A model generated the notes under the pieces. That model worked only from the letters and a program-made list of their open reading frames with translations. It searched no databases and was not told the DNA's origin. The translations under genes were made by a program, and so were the position numbers. A DNA stretch of 64,000 nt from Nostoc sp. (lineage in GTDB: Bacteria > Cyanobacteriota > Cyanobacteriia > Cyanobacteriales > Nostocaceae), in contig JBALDB010000056.1 in assembly GCA_036918135.1 (NCBI GenBank), forward strand, positions 434,080 to 498,079, given 5' to 3'. Of this stretch, positions 42,086 to 53,822 are shown piece after piece; within the stretch, counting starts at the first letter, position 1, and every line of letters starts with the position of its first letter.

Positions 42086-43208
42086 ATGGAAGTTTTAGAA
42101 CTCAAACGCGAAATCGAAACGTTGTCTAGCCGCCTGGGTAAAACCCAGGACTATCTTTGACGTACCTGCACTGACAGCTAAAATTCAAGACTTGGAACAA
42201 ATATCTGCTCAACCAGAATTTTGGAATGAGCAAATTCAAGCCCAAAAAACGTTGCAAGAACTCAACGACTTAAAAACCCACCTCCAGCAATACGAACAGT
42301 GGCAAAGCAGTCTTGAAGATACTAAGGCAGTTGTTGAGTTGTTGGAGTTAGAAACCGATGAAGCACTATTAGAAGAAGCAGAATCCACTATCGCTCGACT
42401 CAATCGTGACCTCGATCAGTGGGAGTTACAACAGTTACTTTCTGGTTCCTATGATGCTGAAGGTGCTGTACTGACAATTAATGCTGGTGCTGGCGGCACA
42501 GATGCTCAAGACTGGGCATTTATGCTGATGCGAATGTACACCCGGTGGGCTGAAGCTCACGGCTACAAGGTGACTTTAGCCGAAGAGTCGGAAGGTGATG
42601 AAGCTGGAATTAAATCTGCAACCTTAGAAATTACTGGTCGCTATGCCTACGGTTACTTGCGGTCAGAAACAGGCACACACCGCTTAGTAAGGATTTCACC
42701 TTTTAATGCCAATGGTAAGCGGCAAACTAGTTTTGCTGGCGTGGAAGTAATGCCGCAGATTGATAACTCTGTGCAGTTGGATATTCCAGACAAAGATTTG
42801 GAAATCACCACAACTCGCTCTGGTGGTAAAGGTGGGCAAAATGTCAACAAAGTAGAAACGGCGGTACGGGTTGTTCACCTTCCGACTGGAATTGCCGTGC
42901 GTTGTACAGAAGAGCGATCGCAGCTGCAAAATAAAGAAAAAGCCCTAAATCGCCTCAAAGCAAAGCTATTGGTCATAGCTAAAGAGCAACGTGCCCAAGA
43001 AATTGCCGAAATTCGTGGCGATATGGTGGAAGCCTCTTGGGGAAACCAAATCCGTAACTATGTATTTCATCCATACCAAATGGTGAAAGATTTACGTACA
43101 AACACGGAAACAACAGCGATTGGTGATATAATGAATGGCGAACTTGATACATTCATCCAAGCTTATCTGCGTCAAGAAAATAAATTGGTGGAAAATACTC
43201 CTGCATAG
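42086..43208 (+). CDS. prfB: Peptide chain release factor 2 with programmed +1 frameshift
   Basis: ATG at 42086, 24 codons, CTT TGA C at 42155-42161; the +1 frame contains SPF and GGQ. Confidence 0.96.
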
Positions 43209-43221
43209 TTGAGGATTAGCG

Positions 43222-43258
43222 ATAGATACTAAGTAAAAAAATACTTAGTATCTATTTG
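43222..43258 (+). terminator. Hairpin downstream of prfB
   Basis: atagatactaagta-aaaaa-tacttagtatctat. Confidence 0.5.
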
Positions 43259-43667
43259 TATAAGTTCGTATTTTTTAAATCTATAGGTGCTTCGCTTTCA
43301 CGCAGGGTAGGGACGCGGAAGTTAGGGCAGAGGAACACAGAGTATTTCTATAGCGGTTATCAGTTCCTTGCAATACAGTCGTCACCCTAAAGAGCATTTG
43401 CTCTGGAGCAAGTGCTTCTGTGAAAGCTCGCTGTGATGGGTTGAAGCGTATTTCATCTAAACGTCTTTCAACACGAGCCAACGTCTAAGTAGTCAGACAT
43501 TCTTTTCTCAAATCGATTCTAAAAATTTTTGAGTCAGGCGCAAGTGGTATAAGACCCTTAATTATTGAGGCGTTTCACCGAGAAGGCCTGAATAATATAT
43601 GGGCGATCGCAACCCTATAGCAGACCCAACTGTTACAGTTATAAAAGAGTCTGCGAACAAATTAACT

Positions 43668-43823
43668 ATGAGTAACTCTCCTTCAACAGAACCTCAACCC
43701 AGCTACGTAAAACTCGCCATGCGAAATATGGTGCGTAAGGGTGGAACTTCCTTGAAGCATTTTGCGTTAACCACCATAGGACTTTTAGCCGTCCTGATTG
43801 GTCTTGCTTATCTAACTCATTAA
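43668..43823 (+). CDS. Small conserved cyanobacterial membrane protein (DUF3285-like)
   Basis: PSYVKLAMRNMVRKG...HF plus TM; upstream of ybeY. Confidence 0.82.
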   Translation: MSNSPSTEPQPSYVKLAMRNMVRKGGTSLKHFALTTIGLLAVLIGLAYLTH

Positions 43824-43855
43824 CGAAAAACTATGACTTCAGACTAGGAGAGTGC

Positions 43856-44386
43856 GTGGCTCTGGAAGTTGAATTGTATGTAGAAGATTATTTTGACGAG
43901 TTGTCCCCAACAACGTCAGTAAATTTTAGCGTCACTCATCCCCGAATTAATCCTGAAACTTGGGAAAACTGGTTTCATCGCTGGTTAGAAATACTTCAGC
44001 CTGATATTCCACCAGCGCCAAGTTATGAAATCGGGTTGCGTTTAACAGATGACTTGCAAATTCAGGAACTGAATGCTCAATATCGCCAACAAAATCAGCC
44101 CACAGATGTTTTAGCTTTCGCTGCTTTGGAAGTAGATTTTCCTCAAAGTGCAGAAATGCTTGCTTCTGGGCCGCTATATCTAGGTGATATTATTGTCTCT
44201 TTAGATACTGCAACACGTCAAGCTCAGCAGCAGGGACACAATTTACCAACTGAGTTAGCCTGGTTAGCTGCTCACGGTTTATTGCATCTGTTGGGGTGGG
44301 ATCATCCTGATGAAGAAAGTTTGGAGCGAATGTTAGAACAGCAAGTAAAATTGCTGGAAGCAATAGGTATTACTCTTTACATATAA
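43856..44386 (+). CDS. ybeY: rRNA maturation endoribonuclease YbeY
   Basis: PTDVLAF, LGDI and HGLLHLLGWDH. Confidence 0.95.
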   Translation: MALEVELYVEDYFDELSPTTSVNFSVTHPRINPETWENWFHRWLEILQPDIPPAPSYEIGLRLTDDLQIQELNAQYRQQNQPTDVLAFAALEVDFPQSAEMLASGPLYLGDIIVSLDTATRQAQQQGHNLPTELAWLAAHGLLHLLGWDHPDEESLERMLEQQVKLLEAIGITLYI

Positions 44387-44540
44387 TAGCATTAATTAAT
44401 CATACCTTAATGTTAATTTGGGGTAATACTTTTATAATACCTCTATGGAAAATTGCTTAAAAATGGCTCAAAGTTAATTAGGCTATAAACATTGACCACA
44501 ATTCCCACTGTAGTAACTGTGTTTTTGTATATTTAAGTGT

Positions 44541-44996
44541 ATGTCCCAAAAAATTTCTCCACCACCAGCACCCACCTCGTTACCAAAAATCGTGAACAAC
44601 GAACGGGAATTTTCGTGGAAGATTGCTTCTAATTTATTTGTTAGTTTTAAGTATGCCTGGGCTGGAATCACTTATAGTTTTCAAACTCAACGTAATTTTC
44701 GCATTCACACGAGTGTTTGTGCTTTAGCGATTGCTTTAAGTGTTTATTTGCATTTACAAGCAGTAGAAATAGCAGTAATTGGTATAACTAGTGGTTTAGT
44801 TTTGGCATTAGAGTTACTGAATACAGCGATCGAGTCCCTTGTGGACTTAACTGTTAAGCAGACTTACCATGATTTAGCAAAAATTGCCAAAGATTGTGCT
44901 GCTGGTGCAGTTTTAGTTTCAGCTTTAGTAGCGGTGCTAGTAGCTGCTACGCTGTTGCTTCCTCCTTTGGTAACTTTAATTATATCGGCTTTGTAA
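44541..44996 (+). CDS. dgkA: Diacylglycerol/undecaprenol kinase
   Basis: ELLNTAIExxVD and AKDCAAGAV. Confidence 0.92.
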   Translation: MSQKISPPPAPTSLPKIVNNEREFSWKIASNLFVSFKYAWAGITYSFQTQRNFRIHTSVCALAIALSVYLHLQAVEIAVIGITSGLVLALELLNTAIESLVDLTVKQTYHDLAKIAKDCAAGAVLVSALVAVLVAATLLLPPLVTLIISAL

Positions 44997-45182
44997 ATCT
45001 GATTGGCGCTTGCCAAGTAATACCTTAAAATTTAAAATTCCAAATTAAATAATCCAATTATCCTAAGTGTCTTAGTTCTTGATTGGATGCTTTTTAACCA
45101 CAAGTAGTTACTAAGCATCTAACTATCTAAGCTATGACAATTTTATATGTGTCAGTTGCAATTTGTAATTTTTCCCTTAATT

Positions 45183-45782
45183 ATGTTAGTAGTCATCGAT
45201 AATTACGACAGTTTTACATATAATTTGGTGCAATATCTGGGAGAATTGGCAGCAGAGTTCCCAGTAGCAACCGATATTAGAGTTTTTCGCAACGACAAAA
45301 TATCTATAGATGAAATTCGGGCATTAAAGCCCGAAGCCGTGGTTATTTCCCCCGGGCCTGGTCGCCCAGAAGATGCGGGTATTTCCCTAGAGTTGATCGA
45401 GCAATTGGGGCAAGATTTGCCAATCTTAGGAGTCTGTTTAGGACATCAAAGTATCGGTCAAGTGTTCGGTGGTAGAATAGTCTCTGCTCCAGAGTTAATG
45501 CATGGCAAAACCTCTCAGGTGTCTCATACTGGGGTGGGGGTTTTTCAAGGATTAGAAAATCCGCTTACCGCTACCAGGTATCATAGTTTAGTCATCGAAC
45601 GCGAGACTTGCCCTGATGTGCTAGAAATCACCGCTTGGGTTGAAGATGGCACAATTATGGGAGTGCGACACCGAAACTATCCTCAAATTCAGGGCGTCCA
45701 GTTTCATCCAGAAAGCGTCCTGACATCATCAGGAAAACAGCTATTGCGAAACTTTCTCCAACAGTTACAGTCGAGAGCTTAA
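45183..45782 (+). CDS. trpG: Anthranilate/aminodeoxychorismate synthase component II
   Basis: [25 protein letters not shown] and QFHPES. Confidence 0.93.
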   Translation: MLVVIDNYDSFTYNLVQYLGELAAEFPVATDIRVFRNDKISIDEIRALKPEAVVISPGPGRPEDAGISLELIEQLGQDLPILGVCLGHQSIGQVFGGRIVSAPELMHGKTSQVSHTGVGVFQGLENPLTATRYHSLVIERETCPDVLEITAWVEDGTIMGVRHRNYPQIQGVQFHPESVLTSSGKQLLRNFLQQLQSRA

Positions 45783-45785
45783 TTA

Positions 45786-46553
45786 ATGAAACGACGACAG
45801 TTGATGGGTTATGCTGGGGCCGGGTTGGTCACAGCTTCAGTTACTACCTTAGGTTCCCACCTTCGATCTGAGGCACAGTCTAGCGGTTTATCAGTTGAGT
45901 GGTTGGGTCATACTTGCTTCCTTTTTACTGGTAGTGGTGCAAAAATTCTCGTCAATCCATTTCGAGCGATCGGCTGTACTGCCAAGTATCGTCCGCCAAA
46001 AGTTGCAGCAGATTTAGTACTGATTAGCAGTCAACTGCTGGATGAAGGTGCTGTGGACGTACTACCGGGGAATGCAAAACTGATCTATGAACCGGGAGTT
46101 TATGAGTTTAAAAGCATTAAATTTCAAGGAGTTGCTATAGACCACGATCGCAAAGGTGGTAAGCAGTTTGGCTCCAATACTGCTTGGAGTTGGAAACAAG
46201 GCGGAATTAATATTCTGCACTTAGGGGGAGCTGCTGCACCTATTTCTATTGAGCAAAAAATTCTCTTGGGGCGTCCCGATGTGCTATTTATTCCAGTAGG
46301 TGGCAGTGCAAAAGCCTACAATGCTCAAGAAGCAAAGCAGGCCGTTGGAGTATTAAATCCGAAGATAGTGATTCCCACTCATTACCGCACACAGGCTGCC
46401 GATCCTGCTGCATGTGACATTTCGCCACTCGATGATTTTCTAGCGTTAATGCAAGGAATGACAGTGCGGCGCAGCAGCACAGATACTATTTCTATTAGCT
46501 CTAAAGATTTGCCGCAAAATAGCGTGATTCAGGTTTTGAGTTACAAGTTTTGA
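45786..46553 (+). CDS. Tat-exported metallo-beta-lactamase-fold protein
   Basis: KRR twin-arginine leader; WLGHTCF, LHLG and IPTHY. Confidence 0.85.
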   Translation: MKRRQLMGYAGAGLVTASVTTLGSHLRSEAQSSGLSVEWLGHTCFLFTGSGAKILVNPFRAIGCTAKYRPPKVAADLVLISSQLLDEGAVDVLPGNAKLIYEPGVYEFKSIKFQGVAIDHDRKGGKQFGSNTAWSWKQGGINILHLGGAAAPISIEQKILLGRPDVLFIPVGGSAKAYNAQEAKQAVGVLNPKIVIPTHYRTQAADPAACDISPLDDFLALMQGMTVRRSSTDTISISSKDLPQNSVIQVLSYKF

Positions 46554-46649
46554 TTAATAGAGGATGAGGGAGATGAGAAGCACAGTAGATAATAGTAACT
46601 CCTAACTCCCTACTCCTGAATTCTGAATTCTGACTTCTAAATTCTGGTT

Positions 46650-47894
46650 TTAGAACGTATACCACTCTGGGGTAAGCTTATCAGCGTCGCTAATCGGATT
46701 TTGAGTAGCTGTTGTCCCATCTAGAGTCCAAATGCTGTCTGCACCTCCTGCCTGATCGCGCCAGTAGATGTCTGTTTTGCCATCGCCGTTGAAATCGCCA
46801 AGGGATGGTGTCAAGCCCGCATTATTAGCTGGTAAGAAAGCTTCAGTAGCAACTGTTGTGCCATCCATCAACCAAGCGGTGTTCTCACCAGTTGTGCCAT
46901 TGTGCCAGAAGATATCAGTCTTGCCATCGCCGTTGAAATCACCAATTTTAGAAGTCCACGCTGGGTCAAGTGTCTTGAGAGCGCCCTCTGTGACTAAGAT
47001 GCCATTCATCGTCCAAACCTTGTTCTCACCAGTTTGGGCGTTTCTCCAGAGAATGTCAGTCTTATAGTCGCCGTTGAAATCACCAAGGGTAGGAGTCCAG
47101 GCCGGGTCTTGTGATTGCAGTGCTAGTTCAGTCTTTTGCGTACCATCCATAAACCAAGCGGTGTTATCGCCACTTGCTGGATTGCGCCAGAAGATGTCAC
47201 TCTTGCCGTTGCCGTCGAAATCAACAATGGTAGGAGTTAGGGCTGGGTCAGTGGTGTCTAAAACAGTTGCATTCACAACTGTTGTGCCATCCATTTCCCA
47301 AATAGCGTTTTCACCGGTTGTGCCATTATGCCAGAAGATATCGGTTTTGCGATCGCCGTTGAAATCGCCAATACTTGGAGTCCACGCTGGGTCAACGCTG
47401 CTTAAAGCAGCCGCATTAGCAACTTTGGTTCCATCGATCAGCGCAATGCTGTTCTCACCGGTTGCCTTATTGCGTAATAAGAAGTCGGTTTTACCATCTC
47501 CATTGAAGTCAGCAATTTTGTAATCATAGGCGGATAGGTCGAATGTACCTAGAGAACCCTGTTCGAGAACTTTTGTTCCATCCATCAACCGAATGATAAT
47601 CTCACCAGTTGCAGAATTGGCCCAAACTTTGTCTGTTTTACCATCACCATTAAAGTCAGGAGTAATCGCCGCACTAGTTAAGTAAGGATTAGGATTGGGA
47701 TTTGATGAGGTTTTGACAGGCTGGGTCAACGGTTCATTTTGTAGTGCTTGTGAGGAACTCCCGATCCTAAAAAATGAATCAGAATTTGGAGTATTTATAT
47801 TATCAAAAGAGGATACCAAGATTTGTGATTTTCTGAAGGAATCTGATGCCCATTGGTTTATAGACAAGCTTGAGGAATTTTTACTTTCAAACAT
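46650..47894 (-). CDS. FG-GAP/VCBS repeat beta-propeller protein
   Basis: About 7 DFNGDGKTDI(F/L)W repeats. Confidence 0.9.
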   Translation of the reverse strand: MFESKNSSSLSINQWASDSFRKSQILVSSFDNINTPNSDSFFRIGSSSQALQNEPLTQPVKTSSNPNPNPYLTSAAITPDFNGDGKTDKVWANSATGEIIIRLMDGTKVLEQGSLGTFDLSAYDYKIADFNGDGKTDFLLRNKATGENSIALIDGTKVANAAALSSVDPAWTPSIGDFNGDRKTDIFWHNGTTGENAIWEMDGTTVVNATVLDTTDPALTPTIVDFDGNGKSDIFWRNPASGDNTAWFMDGTQKTELALQSQDPAWTPTLGDFNGDYKTDILWRNAQTGENKVWTMNGILVTEGALKTLDPAWTSKIGDFNGDGKTDIFWHNGTTGENTAWLMDGTTVATEAFLPANNAGLTPSLGDFNGDGKTDIYWRDQAGGADSIWTLDGTTATQNPISDADKLTPEWYTF

Positions 47895-48438
47895 GGTGTC
47901 TTTTTATGACTGATTGTTATATTTTTTTAACTTTTTTTTGATATCTCTTTCTGTAACCAAATAACATTTACTAGGCTTTCAAGTTTTCTTTATAACTCTT
48001 TTATTTTTATTAATGTCATTTATTGAAGATAAAATATAGTTATTTTAGATAATGTCGAGAAAACTTTCAAGTCCGATCTAAACAATTAAAAAATCTCATA
48101 ATGTATTTTAGATAATATTATCAACTATTGATAACTTACTTTTGTTTTTATCTATTTACTTTGACATTTAAATGTTGAATCAAAAATCTAGTTGTCTCTT
48201 TAACAGTTAATCAGTCATTTAAAAAATATCCACACTAGACATATTTTTTACAAATTTATAAATACGCTAAAACAGAAGCTTTGGAGATAATTGATTATTC
48301 TCCAAAGATTTATAACTTGAGTTAAAACAAATATTGGTTAAAATAGCTTAGATTAGCAACTATTAACAGGTACGAACTGTGCCTGCTCTAGTTATCAAAA
48401 GTGTAAAATAAAACAATACTTTCATAAATATATCAGTT

Positions 48439-49749
48439 ATGCAAGCAGAATATCAGCAGCGTCGCGAGCAATTAATGGCAAAAATTGGTAATAGTACTGC
48501 TATTTTTCGCAGTGCGCCAATGGCAGTGATGCATAACGATGTCGAGTATGTTTATCGTCAAGACAGTGATTTTTTCTACTTAACTGGATTTAACGAACCA
48601 CAAGCGGTCGCAGTCTTAGCGCCGCATCATGCAGAACATCGGTTTGTGTTGTTTGTTCAACCTAAGGATCGGGAAAAGGAAGTATGGAGTGGCTATCGCA
48701 GTGGGGTAGATGCAGCCAAAGAAATTTATGGTGCTGATGAAGCGTACCCAATTAATGAGTTAGATGAAAAGTTACCCCAGTATTTAGAAAAAGCCGATCG
48801 CATTTATTATCACTTAGGACGCGATCGCGCTTTTAATGACACAATCTTGGGACATTACCAACGGTTACTCCAAACTTATCCCAAACGCGGTACAGGGCCC
48901 GTTGGGATTGAAGATACCGGGACTGTGATTCACAGTATGAGATTGATTAAAAGTGAAGCTGAATTAGAGTTAATGCGCGAAGCTGCGGCAATCGCTATTG
49001 AAGCACACAATTACGCCCAAGAAATCGCAGCACCCGGACGTTATGAGTATGAAATCCAAGCGGAGATGGAACGCATCTTTCGCGTGCGGGGTGGTATCGG
49101 CCCGGCTTATCCTTCAATTGTGGCTTCCGGTGTGAATGCTTGTGTGTTGCATTACATTGAGAACAATCGGCAAATGCAGGATGGAGAATTACTGTTAATT
49201 GATGCGGGTTGTGCTTACGGTTATTACAACTCTGATATCACGCGAACATTTCCCGTAGGAGGGAAGTTTACACCAGAACAAAAGATATTATATGAGATTG
49301 TTTTGGAGGCACAAAAACAAGCGATCGCCCAAGTACAACCAGGTAATTCCTTCAAATTGATTCACGATACAGCAGTGCGCGTACTGACTGAAGGTTTAGT
49401 CGAGCTTGGTATTCTTAAAGGTGAAATTGACAAGTTAATTGAAGAAGAAAAATATAAACCATATTATATGCACCGGACTAGTCATTGGTTAGGTTTGGAT
49501 GTCCATGATGTGGGAGTTTACCAGCACGGTGAAGATAAACCGCAGATTCTGCAACCAGGTCAAATTTTGACAGTAGAACCAGGAATTTACATTGTACCAG
49601 ATACCAAACTAGCAGAAGACCAACCACAGACCGATCCTCGATGGATTGGCATTGGTATTCGCATTGAAGATGATGTATTAGTTACATCTAATGGACATGA
49701 GGTGTTAACTGCGGGAGTTCCTAAAGCAGTGGATGAAGTGGAACGATAA
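48439..49749 (+). CDS. pepP: Xaa-Pro aminopeptidase
   Basis: RQDSDFFYLTG, DAG, SDITRT, HWLGLDVHD, VEPG and RIEDD. Confidence 0.94.
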   Translation: MQAEYQQRREQLMAKIGNSTAIFRSAPMAVMHNDVEYVYRQDSDFFYLTGFNEPQAVAVLAPHHAEHRFVLFVQPKDREKEVWSGYRSGVDAAKEIYGADEAYPINELDEKLPQYLEKADRIYYHLGRDRAFNDTILGHYQRLLQTYPKRGTGPVGIEDTGTVIHSMRLIKSEAELELMREAAAIAIEAHNYAQEIAAPGRYEYEIQAEMERIFRVRGGIGPAYPSIVASGVNACVLHYIENNRQMQDGELLLIDAGCAYGYYNSDITRTFPVGGKFTPEQKILYEIVLEAQKQAIAQVQPGNSFKLIHDTAVRVLTEGLVELGILKGEIDKLIEEEKYKPYYMHRTSHWLGLDVHDVGVYQHGEDKPQILQPGQILTVEPGIYIVPDTKLAEDQPQTDPRWIGIGIRIEDDVLVTSNGHEVLTAGVPKAVDEVER

Positions 49750-49922
49750 ACAAGCAGTCATAATTGAAAATCATGGCGGCTAATGGCTTCATTATTCTCA
49801 TAAAAAATTGGGATAGCAGACACTATCCCAAAAATAAAATTTGATTATTCTGAAATACACTTTTGCAAACTTTTTGATAGCTGTGGGTCAAACTTCTGTG
49901 TGTCTCTGAAGCGGTTCGTTTT

Positions 49923-52034
49923 TTAACTTACCTTATTAATATAAGGACTTGTTAATTTATCTAACTGCTGAATCAGAAGACTGAGGAATAATCCTACATC
50001 TGTAACTACACCCACTGATTCTACAGAACCGCGATCGCTCAATTTAGTCACCACAGCTGGATTAATATCCACACATACCATTTTCACCCCTGCCGGAGTC
50101 ATATTTCCTACCCCAATGGAGTGCAGCATTGATGACAACATTAAAATCATCTCTGCACCTTCCAAGTTTTTCGCATATTCCTCTTGCGCTTTAATCAAAT
50201 CCATTTGGGTATCAGGTAAAGGCCCGTCATCCCGAATCGACCCAGCAAGCACAAAAGGCACATTATTATGGACGCATTCATACATAACGCCACTCTTAAT
50301 CACTCCCGCCTCCACGGCTTTGGGAATGCTACCGTAACCGCGAATGGTATTAATTATCTTCAGGTGATGGCGGTGTCCACCATGTACGGCGATACCCCGC
50401 TTCATGTCCACACCCAAGGAGGTACCCATGATATTTTGTTCAATGTCGTGGACAGCGATCGCATTCCCACCGAGTAGCGCTTGTACGTATCCTTGACGAA
50501 TTAGTTGCGCTAGGTGTTCGCCGCCACCAGTATGAATCACTACAGGCCCAGCCGTAACAACTACTTTACCACCAGCATCCCGGATTTTACGTAATTCCCA
50601 AGCTACTTGCTCCACGACTAATTCCACACGGCGTTCGCTGGAAACGCCCGACGACATAAAGCTGAATTCTTGAGTGCTGCGTTGTTCCCGCGATTCAGTT
50701 TTGCGGATGGTGCGGATACCTAATACGTCTACAACTACCTCTTCGCCAATTTTTAAATCGCGTAGGATTTTACACTTTGCTTTTAAGCCATTGGTAGTTT
50801 GAGTAATGGCGATCGCCCCATCCATCCGCTGATTTTCTACTTTCACCCACTGACCGTTAATCCGCACTTCGGTGGGGTAAATTGTACTGACGTAGAAATC
50901 ATCCGGCGCTACACCATTTTGAATTACAGGCTCTAGTTTGGCGTCTCGCTCATCTTGGGGTAAATTTACAGCACCTAAATCAATCAACCGTGAAATGATT
51001 TCTTCCATCACTTCATGGGATGGTGCTGATACCTTCACCTCGGCGGCTGATGTACTTTGGCGCTGTTCTCCTAAGTTGAAATTCAGAACTTGGAAACTTC
51101 CGCCAGCGTCTACAATCAAATCAAGAGCGCGGTTAATCAAACCAGTGTCTAACAAATGTCCTTCCATGCGAATGACGCGGCTTTCTACCGAGACATTGGC
51201 ATGAACTTCTTCCCTGACTGGTTCTGTCACCCGCAAAGTTAAGCATTTAGCCGCACCACCAGCTTTGAGAAATTCGGTCAGCGGCGTTTCAATCACTTGG
51301 AAACCGACATCTGCAAGGCGTGACTTTAAACCATCACTCGCCTTGTTCATGATGACGATACTTTCCACATTCACCGCATTACAAGCGAAATTCACTGCAT
51401 CAGCTTCCACAATTGCGATTTGCTTTTCTGGTGCGACTCGCATTTGAATTAAGCGGTTGGAGTAAGAATCAAAAGCGCCTGGATAGTACAGCAAATAGCC
51501 ATTTGCTAGAGGGCAAAAACAGGTATCTAAGTGATAAAAACGTTCGTCTATCAGTCGTAGGGACAGTACCTCAATATCCAGCCATTTGGCTAGATAAGGG
51601 TGAGAATCTAATTCTGAGCGGAAACCGTACCCCGCCCATAACCAGCGTCCTTCCCGATCGAGCAGTGCGTCTCCCGCTCCTTCAAAAGGCAAATCTTTGG
51701 GAAGTTCATTTACGATATAACCATTTGCCTCAAACCATTGTTTGAAGAAAGGTTCTTCTCCCTGACGTTCTTTGTGTAAAAAACGACTTAGTACGACATT
51801 TTTTCCTAGTACTAAGCCGGCGTTAGCTGTAAAAACTAGATCCGGCCAACCTTTCTCTGGTGGTACTAAGTCTACAATCGCGTGTTCTTTAAGGAGGTGG
51901 TGTAATCCTTGCCACTGTTCTACAGCGCGATCGCGCGATGATTTGTGAATATTCCCTTCCATCCAAGGATTAATCACATAATCTACATCATAGTGATCGG
52001 GGGGACACATCAAAAAGCGAATCTGGGAAGTCAT
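49923..52034 (-). CDS. argZ: Arginine dihydrolase/ornithine cyclodeaminase ArgZ (AgrE)
   Basis: N-terminal amidinotransferase (INPWM, FEGAGD, FYHLDT, GGAAKCL) plus C-terminal GSIRDDGP domain; 703 aa. Confidence 0.92.
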   Translation of the reverse strand: MTSQIRFLMCPPDHYDVDYVINPWMEGNIHKSSRDRAVEQWQGLHHLLKEHAIVDLVPPEKGWPDLVFTANAGLVLGKNVVLSRFLHKERQGEEPFFKQWFEANGYIVNELPKDLPFEGAGDALLDREGRWLWAGYGFRSELDSHPYLAKWLDIEVLSLRLIDERFYHLDTCFCPLANGYLLYYPGAFDSYSNRLIQMRVAPEKQIAIVEADAVNFACNAVNVESIVIMNKASDGLKSRLADVGFQVIETPLTEFLKAGGAAKCLTLRVTEPVREEVHANVSVESRVIRMEGHLLDTGLINRALDLIVDAGGSFQVLNFNLGEQRQSTSAAEVKVSAPSHEVMEEIISRLIDLGAVNLPQDERDAKLEPVIQNGVAPDDFYVSTIYPTEVRINGQWVKVENQRMDGAIAITQTTNGLKAKCKILRDLKIGEEVVVDVLGIRTIRKTESREQRSTQEFSFMSSGVSSERRVELVVEQVAWELRKIRDAGGKVVVTAGPVVIHTGGGEHLAQLIRQGYVQALLGGNAIAVHDIEQNIMGTSLGVDMKRGIAVHGGHRHHLKIINTIRGYGSIPKAVEAGVIKSGVMYECVHNNVPFVLAGSIRDDGPLPDTQMDLIKAQEEYAKNLEGAEMILMLSSMLHSIGVGNMTPAGVKMVCVDINPAVVTKLSDRGSVESVGVVTDVGLFLSLLIQQLDKLTSPYINKVS

Positions 52035-52323
52035 AAAAATCTTACAAGCGTTTTATTTGGGACACAGATTTTCGTTTTTCCAATTTCGTTTGTCAGATAT
52101 GCTACTATCGCTCTACATTTTGATAGCGGATATCTTGGTGATTGCAAAGGTGTGTTCATCGCAGACGTGGCGCAGCCATCGCTTTATTTTACTGCTGTGT
52201 TTAGCTTTCATGTATTGAACGCGGCAGACGATCATAATATTTTAGGTAATCATAAGTCAAGACTCCAAAGTATAGGAAAAGAACAGTCTGTTAGTTTCTA
52301 CTTGGAATTGAATAGTTTACAAA

Positions 52324-52460
52324 CAGACTGACAAATAAGAAATATCCCCCTGTTCACAAGCTACCAAGAGCCAGTGCGTTGGGCGGTGCCGACAGCCAAG
52401 CAACTGGCGTTCAACAGTTAGCAACTTTAAACGAGATAATTTATTTGTTGTAGTTCCCTA
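52324..52460. mobile_element. MITE-like repeat family, copy 3, with an internal insertion
   Basis: aaatatccc...gataatttattt...agttcccta, as at 17746-17843. Confidence 0.5.
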
Positions 52461-52565
52461 ACAATTCACTGCAAATTCGACAACAGATGATTCCCCATCC
52501 AGCTTGAGGGCTGTGATATTATGGGAGACTGCTGCATACATTATTGAAAAACTAAAAATTAGATC

Positions 52566-52835
52566 ATGGCTTTGACGCAACTGCGGAAACAAGAAATTAT
52601 CTCTAACTACCAAGTCCACGAAACCGATACTGGTTCGGCTGATGTCCAAGTTGCGATGTTAACTGAGCGGATCAACCGCCTCAGCGAACATCTCCAAGCA
52701 AATAAAAAAGACCATTCTTCCCGGCGGGGACTGTTGAAGCTGATTGGTCAGCGCAAGCGTCTTCTGGGCTATATCCAGAAGGAAAACCGCGAAAAGTACC
52801 TAGCTTTAATTGCTCGTCTCGGTATTCGGGGTTAG
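52566..52835 (+). CDS. rpsO: 30S ribosomal protein S15
   Basis: [13 protein letters not shown] and [10 protein letters not shown]. Confidence 0.97.
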   Translation: MALTQLRKQEIISNYQVHETDTGSADVQVAMLTERINRLSEHLQANKKDHSSRRGLLKLIGQRKRLLGYIQKENREKYLALIARLGIRG

Positions 52836-52847
52836 GAGCGATCGCTT

Positions 52848-53318
52848 ATGTCTGCTGAAGAATCGGAACGCGCTCGCTTACCGTTTGAACCAAACAAAAA
52901 GCGCCAAAAACCCGTAAAAACTCAAACTAAACCAGCAGCAACGCCACAGCAACCCAGCAACCAAGCTGATAGGAAGCCGCCTTACACCAAAGAAGAAATG
53001 GCAATTCCTAAAGTAGTCAGCCAGCGGATGGTTCGACGGGTAGCTGTGTTCTGTGGTGTACCAACAGCTTTAGCCATTAGTACCTTAATTGTCAGCTATT
53101 TGCTTGCTATCTACTTCAACATCAAATTAGCTCCCATTGCCGTGTTATTGGTAAACATGGGATTGTTTGGTTTGGGTGTCTTAGGAATAACTTATGGCGT
53201 TCTCTCTGCCTCATGGGATGAAGAAAGAGCCGGAAGTCTGTTCGGTTTGAGTGAATTTGGCACTAATTGGGGACGAATGCTGGCAGTTTGGCGCGAAACT
53301 CGGCAAAAAAACTCTTAA
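52848..53318 (+). CDS. pam68: PAM68 photosystem II assembly factor
   Basis: IPxVVSQRM..R, two TM segments, SASWD; downstream of rpsO. Confidence 0.9.
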   Translation: MSAEESERARLPFEPNKKRQKPVKTQTKPAATPQQPSNQADRKPPYTKEEMAIPKVVSQRMVRRVAVFCGVPTALAISTLIVSYLLAIYFNIKLAPIAVLLVNMGLFGLGVLGITYGVLSASWDEERAGSLFGLSEFGTNWGRMLAVWRETRQKNS

Positions 53319-53822
53319 AGAATCCAGAATTACTAGATTCAGAATCCAGAATTTAGAACAAGAAGTGGGGGATTGGAAACTGCCACTCCCTTACAAAAAA
53401 GTTTAGATACTCGGCAGCTTTAGCTTTGATACAAGCGCTAATAGTAGACTGCTATAATCGTACTTCTGCTCTTAAGCAAGCTAGTAAGAGCGTCTACGAC
53501 AAAAAAAGATTTAGCCTATTTTTTAAACTCAATTATCATCCCCCAGTCGGACTCCAATTTATATAGCAATTTTGACGCCTCGGCGGAGCGTCTGTGACTT
53601 TGCTCCTGAATTCTTCAAAACTTCAACATTGTTAATCTAAATTTAATGATTATTTTTATACCCAATTTGCACTAATTTAGAAGAAAAATTACTGGTTGGT
53701 GTATTTTGTCCATTTATTTTGTAAATAAATTTAGTTTTAACTATTCCTAATAAAATAAATACGTAACAATAAAGTTACGTTCATTTACAAAAAAATTTAC
53801 TCAGTAAATCAGGAACTTTAAG

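Noticed and set aside
46768..47913. Plus-strand repetitive ORFs
   Set aside because: Antisense shadows of the FG-GAP repeat gene.
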